Part shown: positions 39,918-50,840 of the stretch, piece by piece
Numbering within the stretch: position 1 is the first letter of the stretch
Layout: every line of letters starts with the position of its first letter
Assembly (NCBI GenBank): GCA_040217195.1
Contig: JAVJNR010000008.1
Location: 544,001-608,000 of the forward strand
Length of the DNA stretch: 64,000 bases
From: Leptospiraceae bacterium
GTDB taxonomy: Bacteria; Spirochaetota; Leptospiria; Leptospirales; Leptonemataceae
Direction: 5' to 3'
Program-made: the position numbers and the translations under genes
The notes under the pieces: model-generated
What the model was told of the DNA's origin: nothing
The model's input: the letters and a program-made list of their open reading frames with translations, nothing else
The model's database searches: none

Positions 39918-42599
39918 TCACTGAGTAAAAGTGGTATCGCTAAGCAGAAAGAAATCCACATGACCGTTCATGGGAACACCAGGAATACGAATCTGGTTTC
40001 CCACGCCCATTGTTCGCAGCTGCTGGTAGGTAAATAACATCAGAGCATTCTCTTGTACATAGCGATCCAATTCTTTAAGAGCCTTTTCATGCTCCGCCGG
40101 ATCTGCCTTCTTCATGGCAGCTTCGTATACGGAATCGTAGTCCGGATCGCTTAGAAGAGAGAACAATCCAGCAGAGGATAGAAAAAGCCCTGCATGAAAG
40201 GCCATGGTATAAACCGGATTGTCCACCATGTTGAATGCAATGTCGCCTTCGTATGGATTGCCCATGACTTTACCCACAACAACCCTTTCGGCCCATTTAG
40301 GACGGGAGACCACTTCAAGCTCCAATTCCACTGAAATTGTGGCAAGTTGCTCTTTTACAGTCCGGGCAACGTGCTCGGCAACGTCCGAGGTAATCGCTCT
40401 GAGACTAAAACCCTGCTCATATCCAGCCTCTTTCATCAGCTTTCGCGCCTTTCGCAGATCGTAGTCATACGGCTTTAGCTGATCATTGGCTCCAAAGGAA
40501 CCCTTCAATCCCAGAGAGGACAGTGGCTCTCCATTTCCATTCTCTGCGCTCTGAATTAAGGCTTTTCGGTCGATGGCAAAATTCAGGGCCTGGCGGATAC
40601 GAACATCAGCAAGCGCTCCCTGATTTTTTAAGAATACCCAGGGACTTTGCAATACCAGTCGTTTCTGAATATTTGCCACATCGGAACTTGCCAGAAGGTT
40701 TTCTTTACTTCCGGACAGATAGGGAACCAGATCCACCTCACCGGCCAGTAAGCGATCGGCCCATCGACGCTCGGGCAGAATTTTGATCTCCAGCTCCTGG
40801 GCGGCGGGAAAACCCTTTCTCCAGTAGCGGGCATTTCGCTTAAGCCTGTATCTTTGCCCGGGTTCATGATCAATAAATTCAAAAGGACCGGTGCCCACTG
40901 GATGTTTTAAAGCTTTTTCCAGGCCGACCTTCTTAACGTAGCGGCTGGAGCTAATCAATCCAAACATGGTAAGACGGTTCAAGATCATTCCATCTGGCTC
41001 TTGTGTGCGAATGATTACTGTGCGGGGATCCTTTATTTCCACGGACTGGATAGTAGACATGATCCATCCAGTACCGCTTCCGGTGGTCGGATCCAGGATG
41101 GTATCCAGAGTAAATTTTACATCGCTTGCATCGAATGGACTACCGTCATGAAACCTCACTCCAGAGCGTAATCTGAACTCATAGGATCTATCATCCAATT
41201 GCTTCCAGGAAGTGGCCAGTCCAGGTACCATATTTCCATCCAGATCGTTGTGAATCAGACTGTCATAAATTTGACTCTTAAGCGAATAAGAGTCAGGATC
41301 AAAGGATGGACTGAGGGTGCTCAATGCCGGGACATCTCCAGAGAACATTGTAACTGAAAGAGTATTCTTCTTTCTTTCCTTCGTACGCTTTCGTTCCGAA
41401 ATTCGAACTACATCTCCTTTTGTCTTTTGAACAATATCTTTTAGCTCCTCGCTATTTACTGAAACCTTGTGAACTGATTCCGAAGCCTCCAGCGATAATT
41501 GATATGATTTATCCAGTCTGGATATTATATCTTTGATACTGAGTGCCTGCTCATCGGAAAGGTCCTTAATATTTGCACCACCGGAAGCAATACTGTGCAC
41601 TGCACTGGTGATCTCTTCCATAGTGCTGGCATGATGGCCCATGGCACCGGAAATGTGTTCAATTCTATCCCGAGTTGTATGAACGGATTGCGCAATTGTT
41701 CCCAGAGTCTCCACCATTTCCTTCGCACTTTCCACGGCGGATCCAACATCAGATGAGGCATTGTTTACTTCTGCGGAGAGATTGTTCATCTCCTTTCGAG
41801 TGCCCTGGATCAATTGATGAATGGCCCGGGTGGAATCCTGGGATTTCTCGGCCAGCTTCTTAACTTCATCAGCAACCACGGCAAAGCCCCTACCAGCATC
41901 ACCCGCTCGGGCTGCTTCAATAGCAGCGTTAAGGCTCAAAAGATTAGTCTGCTCGGAGATATCATCTATGACTTTCGTAATCTGTCCCACTTCCTCAATG
42001 GACTGACCGAGCTTACGAATCTGTTTCTGAATGCTTTCGAATACAGCAGTAATGGAGGCAACATTCTGGCGGTTGCGCTCCATAAGTTCACCGCCCCGAG
42101 CGGCCCTTTCGCTCATGGTACGCGCCGCCTCGGATGTTTCGGTAGCGTTGCGAACAACTTCCTGAATGGTTTCCGATACGGACTGAATTGCAGTGGATGT
42201 TTCTTCTGTGGACCCGGTCTGATCCCCAACCTGATCCACCGCTTTTTGGGCCAGATCATTTAGGCCGCCCAGTCTCTCCTGAACTTCCATTACACTGTTA
42301 ATCTGATGGTTCACGGCTTCCTGAATAATACTCACATCATCGGCAAGGTTAATAACGTATGTTTCCAGCCGTTGAGCTGTGGTTCTTAAATCTCTTACAC
42401 GATGCAGGTTACGGCGCTCATCGCCGCGAAAACGTTGAAGAAGAAATACTATGGACAGAAAGAATAACCCAATGGCTGTGCTTTTGAGGAGCAGCCATTG
42501 CCAGCCAGGAAGCCATCCCGGTTCTATGTACCATCCAATATCTACGACCATCCCGGTAGCTGCAATTAGGCCCGCCAGAATGTAATGCTTAACCCTCAT
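39918..42599 (-). CDS. Methyl-accepting chemotaxis protein fused to a C-terminal family-5 (peptide/nickel) solute-binding domain
   Basis: Two N-terminal TM helices, [30 protein letters not shown], then IYDSLI...PGLATSW...[30 protein letters not shown] and [12 protein letters not shown], all in one ORF. Confidence 0.88.
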   Translation of the reverse strand: MRVKHYILAGLIAATGMVVDIGWYIEPGWLPGWQWLLLKSTAIGLFFLSIVFLLQRFRGDERRNLHRVRDLRTTAQRLETYVINLADDVSIIQEAVNHQINSVMEVQERLGGLNDLAQKAVDQVGDQTGSTEETSTAIQSVSETIQEVVRNATETSEAARTMSERAARGGELMERNRQNVASITAVFESIQKQIRKLGQSIEEVGQITKVIDDISEQTNLLSLNAAIEAARAGDAGRGFAVVADEVKKLAEKSQDSTRAIHQLIQGTRKEMNNLSAEVNNASSDVGSAVESAKEMVETLGTIAQSVHTTRDRIEHISGAMGHHASTMEEITSAVHSIASGGANIKDLSDEQALSIKDIISRLDKSYQLSLEASESVHKVSVNSEELKDIVQKTKGDVVRISERKRTKERKKNTLSVTMFSGDVPALSTLSPSFDPDSYSLKSQIYDSLIHNDLDGNMVPGLATSWKQLDDRSYEFRLRSGVRFHDGSPFDASDVKFTLDTILDPTTGSGTGWIMSTIQSVEIKDPRTVIIRTQEPDGMILNRLTMFGLISSSRYVKKVGLEKALKHPVGTGPFEFIDHEPGQRYRLKRNARYWRKGFPAAQELEIKILPERRWADRLLAGEVDLVPYLSGSKENLLASSDVANIQKRLVLQSPWVFLKNQGALADVRIRQALNFAIDRKALIQSAENGNGEPLSSLGLKGSFGANDQLKPYDYDLRKARKLMKEAGYEQGFSLRAITSDVAEHVARTVKEQLATISVELELEVVSRPKWAERVVVGKVMGNPYEGDIAFNMVDNPVYTMAFHAGLFLSSAGLFSLLSDPDYDSVYEAAMKKADPAEHEKALKELDRYVQENALMLFTYQQLRTMGVGNQIRIPGVPMNGHVDFFLLSDTTFTQ

Positions 42600-42629
42600 A
42601 CCCTCTCCCTTCAGAACTTCAGGACCTGA

Positions 42630-42658
42630 ATTATTAGTCCGGAAAGGAAATGCGTCAA
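42630..42658 (-). promoter_or_regulatory. Candidate sigma-70 promoter of the MCP-SBP gene
   Basis: Minus strand TTGACG-N17-AATAAT, followed by an AGGGAGAGGG RBS and ATG 42599. Confidence 0.5.
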
Positions 42659-43256
42659 GATTCTTTTGTCCAGGGTACTAAAAACCTAAAGAAAACGTCC
42701 TAGATTATACCAGTAGAAACTAGGAGGGAACCTACAGACAGTTCATGTCCGTACTCTCCGGGTTAAGGTTTGCCAAGGCGTATTTACATTGAGTATGAAT
42801 CTCAAAGATTTCTATTGGCTGTATGCTAGTAACAGGAGGGCTGGATCATGACAGGCAGTACTGCCGATTTCCCTCCGTGCCCGCAACTATGGGCCCGGAA
42901 TACAGGTTTCAATCTCTCACAGAATGACAGTCCACGCAAACGGCAACTTGGTTGGCAAGGTATCGACCTCGCTCTATGGATTCCGAGCTATTGTTAGCTT
43001 CAAAGTCCGGATAACCCTCTCAGGGTAAGTCCAAAAACAGATAGAGAAGCAGTGCACAAATTCAAGCAATGAAAAGGAAAACCATACCCGCGTCTAGCTT
43101 CTTCATGCAAACAGGCATCCCGGATATGAAATTCGGTCAACTGAGAACCATTGGGACCTGGAGTTCTGGAAGCGAAAATTATGAAGCGAGCATTTGGTAG
43201 TTCCGAAAAGGGGCAGACCCTTCCAGTCAAAGCCCCTTCCCCGCTTGACTATTCGC

Positions 43257-43745
43257 TTAATTCAATCCCTTTAGTTTGGGCAAAAATTGCTTAAGTGCTT
43301 CCTTTTCAACCTTTGGTCCGGAATAGTCTTCCATTGCATCCAGATCGAAAGTTAAAATAAAATCCCGGAGAACTTCAGTCTTTCGATAGGCAGGGGCTTT
43401 ACTATCTCCTATCAAGCGAATCTCAAATCGATTACCAACCAGCATCCAAATATGCATATCCTTCGCCACTTTCGCAGGATACGGAAGCAATTCCGGGGCG
43501 GAACGACCGTTGTAACTATCGATGGTCTTTTGATCGTCTACCTGATCAAATAATTGAAACCAGATCACCCTTTTATCGGTCCCTGCTTCCATTACATCTG
43601 CCTGTAAAAAGCCATAAGCCGATACTCGACCATACTCCAGGTCGTCCAGATCTATACTACCAGATCCTCCACCTGAAGTGCTACATCCCAGGGACAACAG
43701 CAATACTAGTAGTAAATACCCCGCTCTTTTCATGAATTCTGGCAT
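43257..43745 (-). CDS. Hypothetical lipoprotein
   Basis: AGGAG RBS before ATG 43745; signal MKRAGYLLLVLLLSLG-C followed by a Gly/Ser linker. Confidence 0.7.
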   Translation of the reverse strand: MPEFMKRAGYLLLVLLLSLGCSTSGGGSGSIDLDDLEYGRVSAYGFLQADVMEAGTDKRVIWFQLFDQVDDQKTIDSYNGRSAPELLPYPAKVAKDMHIWMLVGNRFEIRLIGDSKAPAYRKTEVLRDFILTFDLDAMEDYSGPKVEKEALKQFLPKLKGLN

Positions 43746-43878
43746 TTCGTTCTCCTGATTTAAACTGGTCTGAAATTCCTTCCAAGGGCATTCTCTGGCA
43801 AGGGAAAATCTAAATTTGTGCGATGAGGTGCGACTGGGCGCACCGATTGCTAGATGCTTGCGAAATACCATAACCAAT

Positions 43879-45006
43879 TCAATTCCATTCGATAGTCTTA
43901 AGAAATTCTGGAAATGGCATCGGAGTCATCTCCTCTGCTGTGGCGCGATCTTTTCTAATATATGCTTTACTATTATGCTGCTTCTCGGCTCTGGAAATCA
44001 TATCAGAATCCGGTTTCGCTCCGGGTATCATTATTTCGTGCACCTCCCGAATGAATTCAATGGCCTGGTCGGAGTACCAGAGAAGGCCACTGCTTTGCTG
44101 ATTCAAAAAGGTCGGATGCTGGAAAATATCCTTCCATTCTAAATCGAAGTATTCATGGAATATCTCTTCTCTAACCTTAAGCATGCCCGGTTCGCATTCC
44201 TGCGTACGCTCAATGTTTTTTTGAGTCTGCGCCCTGGAGTTCACGCCGCCCATACCACACCATCGCTCATCATGAGGAGCAAAGCTGCAAAATGAATCCA
44301 CCCAGTCCTGCACCATGTCCAGCATTCGATCCCATCGGTCTTCAATGGCCTTCCAGAGTATCTGCCGTGGTTCGTATTCCCATTCAATTCTCTGCCTGGT
44401 AATTTCCCATTGTACAGGATCCGGATAACCGTAGGCGGATTTCTTCACCAGATCCTGGTATGCGGACCATTGCTTTGCGTACATTTCCTGATCCAGAGGG
44501 CGAAAAGAGATTTTTGCGCAATAAATATCGTACTGGATGGTGGGACCTGCCCGGGGACTATCCAGCCCCAGAAAAATACCCTTCTCTTCGCATTCTTTTA
44601 GAAACAGTGGATAGCTCAGACCGGATTTTCCTTTATCCACTACTTCCTGCAGAACCGGTACAGCATGGGCAGCCCCTGGCTCACTTTTGAGCGTGTTCAG
44701 TGCATCCTCGTAGGATTTCAGGGTATTGGCCATTAGCTCTGTATCGCTACTATCGCCATCTACCGACGTATTTGCTGCCAGGGCACGACCATAGGCAGTT
44801 GAGAAGTCGGTAAACAATCCATCTACGCTGAGTTTTGTGGAATAAGCTGCCAGGTCATCCATTTCCCGGGCCAGTTGCTCCATCTTTTCCAACACTGCAT
44901 AACATTCCCGGGCGTCCTCAGTATCGTTACCTGCATCTTTTAGCTGCTGGGCCATGCCTCGATAGGTACCCAGCATGGAGTCTGCCATTGTCGGATCCAG
45001 GGGCAT
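43879..45006 (-). CDS. Hypothetical soluble, largely helical protein (375 aa)
   Basis: Long ORF with natural composition; start overlaps the upstream stop (TAATG). No family recognised. Confidence 0.75.
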   Translation of the reverse strand: MPLDPTMADSMLGTYRGMAQQLKDAGNDTEDARECYAVLEKMEQLAREMDDLAAYSTKLSVDGLFTDFSTAYGRALAANTSVDGDSSDTELMANTLKSYEDALNTLKSEPGAAHAVPVLQEVVDKGKSGLSYPLFLKECEEKGIFLGLDSPRAGPTIQYDIYCAKISFRPLDQEMYAKQWSAYQDLVKKSAYGYPDPVQWEITRQRIEWEYEPRQILWKAIEDRWDRMLDMVQDWVDSFCSFAPHDERWCGMGGVNSRAQTQKNIERTQECEPGMLKVREEIFHEYFDLEWKDIFQHPTFLNQQSSGLLWYSDQAIEFIREVHEIMIPGAKPDSDMISRAEKQHNSKAYIRKDRATAEEMTPMPFPEFLKTIEWN

Positions 45007-45674
45007 TAGTTGATCCCCCGGTACTCTTGGTGCTCTTTAAGGCGTCGCTCCACCACTGAATCCGGAACGGGTATCTTTCTTCTATGCCTTTCCTCGCGAA
45101 TCAAAGAGTAATCGAATTTCCAGCCGGGATCCCATTGTCTGGCATTGGGAATTACCTGTTCCTGCCAGTCTTGCTTTCCTTTGGCGATGGTATCCTTGAT
45201 GTAATCTTCTTTTTCACTCTTCCAGCGAGAGGGCACTTCTGCACGACGGGCCACCTCCAGAGTTTCCAGCACTGGAAAATCGCTAAAGAAATAGTCTGCG
45301 AATCCGTCCACGCTAATCGCAATACTGTTTTTTTGCTGTAGCTTTGGAATCTCGGTGGTAATCTCCGCTTCGGTTTCAAAAGAATCCACAACGTCCAGAA
45401 TCTCCTGACATCCCCGGGCCCGTATGGGTTCTTTGATTTCCTGATAATGTTTCAGTCGCGCTGTTTCTCTGTCCTTTGCCAGTGCAATGGCATTTTTGAT
45501 GTTAAGCTTCTCTCCAAAGAATTTTTTCTGATACTCTTCTTTTGTCTTTGCATCTCGCATCAATTCGTAGAGTGCTTTCTCTGTTTCATATGAATTCTTA
45601 TACATGGGATTGCCCTCATATCGCTTCATTCGGGCATAATAGTATTCTGCATATTCCTTCTGGCGCTGATCCAT
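45006..45674 (-). CDS. Hypothetical charged helical protein (222 aa)
   Basis: Long ORF translationally coupled to the next gene. No family recognised. Confidence 0.72.
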   Translation of the reverse strand: MDQRQKEYAEYYYARMKRYEGNPMYKNSYETEKALYELMRDAKTKEEYQKKFFGEKLNIKNAIALAKDRETARLKHYQEIKEPIRARGCQEILDVVDSFETEAEITTEIPKLQQKNSIAISVDGFADYFFSDFPVLETLEVARRAEVPSRWKSEKEDYIKDTIAKGKQDWQEQVIPNARQWDPGWKFDYSLIREERHRRKIPVPDSVVERRLKEHQEYRGIN

Positions 45675-45962
45675 GAAACGATTCTAGCGCCTGCGATGAA
45701 ATAGGTCCAGCGAAATTGAGATTTATGAATTCAGGATTGCAGAAGATACAATGATAACGTTGTATAAAACGGACATTTCGTCCCGGACGGACACTCTCAG
45801 ATACAAAGAAAACTCGAAGTGAGGACCTGGTATCTACTGTTTCTTCCCGGTTTCAGGGCCGGTGTATTGATTGATGGGTTGAGGATTCCAGGGTTAATTT
45901 CAGAATTCGATAAAGGAGTCCAGGGTCGATTCACAGATCGAACGAAGACCAGGGGAATGTAT

Positions 45963-46526
45963 TTACTCTAGAATGATTTCGCTCCAGTCTTCGTGAACTG
46001 TCTCCATGTTAGATTCGATAAACTGACTTACCCGATGCCGGTCCAGGAAAGGAGGCTTCTCCTTCCAGTTATCCAGCTCGTCCAGTTTTTCAATCTGTAT
46101 GCGATAGACTCCAAGGGTCAGAGGATTAAAAAGGTCTTCTATGTCCCGGAATGTGAGCTTAACCTGAATATCTGCTACCTGGTCATACTTATCTGCAACG
46201 AACATGCATTCCATGAATCCGGCAATGTCCCGGCGACTGGACCTTATGGCTTCCTCCACAGAACGGGCCTCCGCGCCCAGAGAAACATTTAGATCTGTGT
46301 TAATTCTCCATCCCTTACCATTCCAGAAAATCTGAGACTTTCCGTAGTTCAGGAAATACCCGGGACTGCAAAGATTTGCCAGTTCTGAATAGAATTTCAC
46401 TCCTTTGTCTTCCGTTGCAGTTGCGTACTCCTGAGCTTTTTCCAGAGTCGGGTTGCAGGAAACCAGGAGAGTCAGAGAGATAAGAAGGAAGGATGCTGTA
46501 ATCAGGCGCATAGGACTATGGAACAT
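45963..46526 (-). CDS. Hypothetical lipoprotein
   Basis: Hydrophobic signal ending LLVS-C. Start uncertain (46526 or 46511). Confidence 0.65.
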   Translation of the reverse strand: MFHSPMRLITASFLLISLTLLVSCNPTLEKAQEYATATEDKGVKFYSELANLCSPGYFLNYGKSQIFWNGKGWRINTDLNVSLGAEARSVEEAIRSSRRDIAGFMECMFVADKYDQVADIQVKLTFRDIEDLFNPLTLGVYRIQIEKLDELDNWKEKPPFLDRHRVSQFIESNMETVHEDWSEIILE

Positions 46527-46622
46527 CGTTTTCCCATTTGTCAATCCGGAAGCTCAGAGATGGGCATCTTTTCTATGGTGGCGTTGGACTTGACACCGAC
46601 CTCGCCGTGAACACTTTGCAGC

Positions 46623-47399
46623 ATGGCCGGAATAGGAAAAGAAATCAAGAATCAGATACTGGAAATCACATTCCAGATGAATGAAAAGAATACAGTCGAT
46701 GCTACGTTTGGAAAGGACTTTGCCTCTATCCTGACCGATGCAGAAAAGGACCCTTCCGTTCGAGGAATGATCATTCGCGGAAGCAACGGATTCTTTTCCA
46801 ATGGTTTTGAGCCAGACAGCTTCGTCGGAACATCGAAAAAAGAGATTGAGGCAGTGATTGGACCGGCTTTTCACATCTGTGGACAGGTACTGAACTTACC
46901 CTTTCCGGTGGCCATGGTGCTCAACGGACATGCAATGGGTTATGGTGCCATTCTAAGTCTGTATGCAGATTTTCGTTACATGCAGAGCAAACAGGCCCGC
47001 TTCGGATTCCCGGAGATTAACATTGGACTTCCCATCCCTTCCGCTCCCGCATTGATGCTACAGGATATGACAGGGCGAACTATGACCAGGGATATGATCC
47101 TGGGAAAGGCACTTAAAGCTGATCAGGCTCTGCAGGCTGGAATCATAGATGGAGTCTTTGACGATGAAGAATCCATGATGGACCGGGCCAGAAAGGATAT
47201 CTCAGCTCTATTCAAGTTCGCACGATCGACAGTTCGAATGAACCGGGAAATGATGTATGCCCGATACAAAGAAATCATTCCTCCTGCCATAGAGCATGAT
47301 ATTGAGCTCGCATCCCATGCAATCATGGCCCCCGCCGGTCAGGAAGGCCTGGGAGCACTGAAAGAGGGGCGGCGCCCAGATTTCACAGCTGTAGAATAG
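46623..47399 (+). CDS. Enoyl-CoA hydratase/isomerase (crotonase) family protein
   Basis: FFSNGFE, LNGHAMGYG, ADFRYM and FGFPEINIGL; C-terminal EGRRPDF. Confidence 0.88.
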   Translation: MAGIGKEIKNQILEITFQMNEKNTVDATFGKDFASILTDAEKDPSVRGMIIRGSNGFFSNGFEPDSFVGTSKKEIEAVIGPAFHICGQVLNLPFPVAMVLNGHAMGYGAILSLYADFRYMQSKQARFGFPEINIGLPIPSAPALMLQDMTGRTMTRDMILGKALKADQALQAGIIDGVFDDEESMMDRARKDISALFKFARSTVRMNREMMYARYKEIIPPAIEHDIELASHAIMAPAGQEGLGALKEGRRPDFTAVE

Positions 47400-47549
47400 A
47401 GAAATGGTTTCCAGGGCAGTGAGCTGACGCTTCCCGATTAAATCCAATGGAACTGTTTCGCACCAGTTGCCCTGGCTATTGCTGTGGCCCGGGCCTACTT
47501 TTTCAGATTTCTGCAAACCCGCGACCAGGGAATTCTCAAAGAATCTCGG

Positions 47550-50500
47550 TCATTCCACCTCAATGGCTATGACAGCAATGTCATCATCAATCTCACCTGG
47601 CCCACCGGAGTAATCGATTAGCCGGTCCATTAGTTGCGTTAACCAGGCATGGATTTCAATCTCTGTTGATTCTGCAAAGCTGCGGACCAGTTCCTCCATT
47701 CCAAAAAGTACCCCCTCTGGAGAGGAAGCCTCAAATGCACCGTCCGTATAGATAAAAACCCGGTCCCCGGATTCCAGCGAAACAGGTTGGCTCAATTCAT
47801 AGGCACCATCCGTAAGCAGTCCCATGGGCCGTCCGAACGGTCTGTATTGCGCAATTTCTTTAGTAGATTTCTTCCAGTGCAACAAAGGTGGATGCCCTGC
47901 ATTGGCCAGGTACAGAACCTTCTTCTCCAGATCGATTTGCAATGCACAGGCAGTTACAAATTCATGCCCAACGTTGCCATAAAGCATTTCGTTCAAGCCG
48001 GCCAGCAATTCATGCGGTAGAATGGATTCCTTGCCCTGGAATACGTATGCCATCTTGAGCACAGAGACAATCAGTGCTGCAGGTACTCCATGGCCGGATA
48101 CATCAGCGATGATCAAGGATAAACTCCTTTCATCTTGTTGAAAATCATAGAAATCACCTCCAACATTTACCATAGATCGATAGAGGTGCGCTATTTTAAT
48201 CCCCTGCGGAGATGGCAGAGTTTCCGGAATAAGAGATTGCTGGATCATCCGTGCCATGGAGAGTTCATTCTGGATGACTGCCATGTCTGCCTGAGTTCTG
48301 GCCGCCTCTTTCAATGCCAGAATATTCTGGACTCGCGCACGAAGCTCCTCCGGCTCAAAAGGCTTGGCCAGATAATCGTTTGCCCCGCTGGCCAGACCTT
48401 CTACTACATCCTGGGTTCTACTTCGCGCAGTCAGAAGGACAATGGGAAGGTCAGTGTAAGAATGGGACTGGCGAAGAATTCTGCAAACCTCATAACCGGT
48501 CAATCCAGGCATCATTACGTCCAGTAGAACCAGATCCACCGGACCAAATTCCTGCAGGGCCGTGAGCGCTTCCGTGCCGCTGGATGCCTCCAGAATTACA
48601 TGATTTTCTGCAGATAAGAAATTGCGTAATACCTGCAAATTCACAGGGTCATCGTCCACGACCAGAGTGCGAATTACACCGTTCCCACTTTGTTCCCGGA
48701 CGCCATCATCCTCTATAACCTCGATTTCAGCCCGTGGCTGGTCCAGCGACCCTGTATCAATTGAATATACCTCTTTGGAATCGATTCCAGTGCTCCCGGA
48801 AGGAATCTGTAGAGGATGAACGGGCAAATCACTTTGCTCCACGGATGCCTGATTTTCTTTGCTAAATACCGGCAATGTGAAGCTGAATTCAGAACCGCGT
48901 CCCTGAGAAGAATTTACATCTATTTCACCACCATGAAGCAACACAAGGTGACGAGTGATGGAAAGCCCCAATCCGGTACCGCTGTATTTTCGACTTATGG
49001 ATCCGTCCGCCTGGGTGAATGATTCAAAAATTGCATCCTGACGATTTTCAGGTATTCCGATGCCGGTATCTCGAACACTGATTCGAACAAATTCGCCTTC
49101 TTCCAATGCCTCCACCTCAATCCGGCCCCGGTTCGTAAACTTGATTGCATTTCCGAGAAGATTAATCAGTATCTGGCTCAATCTTTCTGGATCGGCCAGG
49201 ACGGCGGACACCTCTGATCGCCTGTGTATCAAATCTACTGGCTTATCTCGCAATAGGGGTCGCACCAGAGACAGAGCAACGTCCACAGCATCAGGCACTT
49301 CAACTTTCCTGAGCTGCAACACCAGGTCTCCATGGTTGGCCCTGGAAAAATCCAGAATATCATTTACAAGGGTTGTGAGTCTCCGGCCACTGGCAGCCAC
49401 AAGTCGCAAATTCTCTCTGGTCTGTTCGGAGATTTTGCCTGTGGCCCCCTGAAGCACAGATTCAGTAATTCCAATAATACCGTGCAAAGGAGTTCTCAGT
49501 TCATGGGATGTATTGGCAAGAAAATCATCCTTCAATTCGTCCAGCCTTTGTAAATCCCTGTTTTTTTCGCTCAATTCATGCGAAAGCTCCTCTACCCTGT
49601 TGAATGACCGGGCATATCGAAACGAAAGTAGCGCGGATTGCAGAAAAACGAATGCCAGCAGACTTGCCTCACCAAACTGAATCGTATTGATAGTTCCTCG
49701 GGCAGAGAGTACATCGTTCAGTACACCCAGAAATAATGGAATCCCTCCCATTAGAACGGCCAGACTGTTATCTCTATTCTGGTATACGGCTCTGCCGAGC
49801 ATAAAGAGTCCGAAGGCTCCAGATAAAAGCATCTGTGCTTGATAATACCCCACTGACTGACTGAGGGTCAGTGAATCTAAAAAGAATGGAGTCAGAAGTA
49901 GAATCAGACCTGACACTCCAGAGATTATCAAACCTGGGCGGAAAATTGGATCTGGAAACAGACTCCATAAAAACATCAAAAAGAAAAATACGGATAATGG
50001 AAGACTGCAGTATTCAAGAGAGAGATAGAAATGCCATCCAGGAAGTGCGAATTGATGAAAAAGAAACTCCTGACCTGTGGTCAGTGGACGAATTGCAATT
50101 GATAAACAATGCAACCCAAAGAATGCCGGTGCATGAGTCCTCCTTCGCACAGCGAACATAAAGATATGATACAACCCAACGATGGAAAAAGCTCCGGCAA
50201 GGAATAAATCCCAGGATAGATCCAGACGTTCCCTTTCCAGAAGAAATTGTGCAGGACCCAGGCGAATTGGTTTACGGATGCCCCCTTCCCGGTAATGAAA
50301 GTTGGATACCGGAATAGTCAAATCCAGACTTTTTGTTTGCGACGGAAGGAATACCAGCCCTGAACGAGGACCGGCAATAGAACTGGCAGCCGTGCCTGGT
50401 TTCCCGCTCCGAATCAGCAGATGTCCGTCTGCATAAACGGCCCAGGCGGTGTAGATCCCTTCTATTCGAAGGGCCAACAAATCGGATGTTTCAGGCAAAA

Positions 50501-50825
50501 GAATTCGAAGATGATATGTACCAACCTTCTCTGGACCGGCTTTTCCCGGATAATCATTCCAGGGGCCCGGTATAGAAACAATTTCAGGCCTGATAGCTTC
50601 AGGCGGAGAGGATACAAGTATTCCCTCGTAATAAGCCCATTCTCCAGCCAGAGAAATGCTCCTGGAATCCAAGGCACTCTGTTGCAAATCCAGAACTCCA
50701 TGCACTGCCACAACGTCCGATACTGTGGGCTCCCGACATCCCGTAGCCAGAAATGGAATAAGAAGCATCAAGGTCCGCAGCCGGGGAAGCATTCCTGATA
50801 ATCGGCTTCCGGGCATTTCAGGCAA
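47550..50825 (-). CDS. Hybrid sensor: 7TM-DISM-like input, histidine kinase, receiver and PP2C/SpoIIE phosphatase domains
   Basis: H-box FLANTSHELRTPL, NLLGNAIKFT, DTGIGI, GTGLGL; REC VVDDD/LLDVMMP; PP2C VGGDFYD, ADVSGHG, YTDG, DDDIA. Confidence 0.92.
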   Translation of the reverse strand: MPEMPGSRLSGMLPRLRTLMLLIPFLATGCREPTVSDVVAVHGVLDLQQSALDSRSISLAGEWAYYEGILVSSPPEAIRPEIVSIPGPWNDYPGKAGPEKVGTYHLRILLPETSDLLALRIEGIYTAWAVYADGHLLIRSGKPGTAASSIAGPRSGLVFLPSQTKSLDLTIPVSNFHYREGGIRKPIRLGPAQFLLERERLDLSWDLFLAGAFSIVGLYHIFMFAVRRRTHAPAFFGLHCLSIAIRPLTTGQEFLFHQFALPGWHFYLSLEYCSLPLSVFFFLMFLWSLFPDPIFRPGLIISGVSGLILLLTPFFLDSLTLSQSVGYYQAQMLLSGAFGLFMLGRAVYQNRDNSLAVLMGGIPLFLGVLNDVLSARGTINTIQFGEASLLAFVFLQSALLSFRYARSFNRVEELSHELSEKNRDLQRLDELKDDFLANTSHELRTPLHGIIGITESVLQGATGKISEQTRENLRLVAASGRRLTTLVNDILDFSRANHGDLVLQLRKVEVPDAVDVALSLVRPLLRDKPVDLIHRRSEVSAVLADPERLSQILINLLGNAIKFTNRGRIEVEALEEGEFVRISVRDTGIGIPENRQDAIFESFTQADGSISRKYSGTGLGLSITRHLVLLHGGEIDVNSSQGRGSEFSFTLPVFSKENQASVEQSDLPVHPLQIPSGSTGIDSKEVYSIDTGSLDQPRAEIEVIEDDGVREQSGNGVIRTLVVDDDPVNLQVLRNFLSAENHVILEASSGTEALTALQEFGPVDLVLLDVMMPGLTGYEVCRILRQSHSYTDLPIVLLTARSRTQDVVEGLASGANDYLAKPFEPEELRARVQNILALKEAARTQADMAVIQNELSMARMIQQSLIPETLPSPQGIKIAHLYRSMVNVGGDFYDFQQDERSLSLIIADVSGHGVPAALIVSVLKMAYVFQGKESILPHELLAGLNEMLYGNVGHEFVTACALQIDLEKKVLYLANAGHPPLLHWKKSTKEIAQYRPFGRPMGLLTDGAYELSQPVSLESGDRVFIYTDGAFEASSPEGVLFGMEELVRSFAESTEIEIHAWLTQLMDRLIDYSGGPGEIDDDIAVIAIEVE

Positions 50826-50840
50826 GCCAAACGCGAATAA

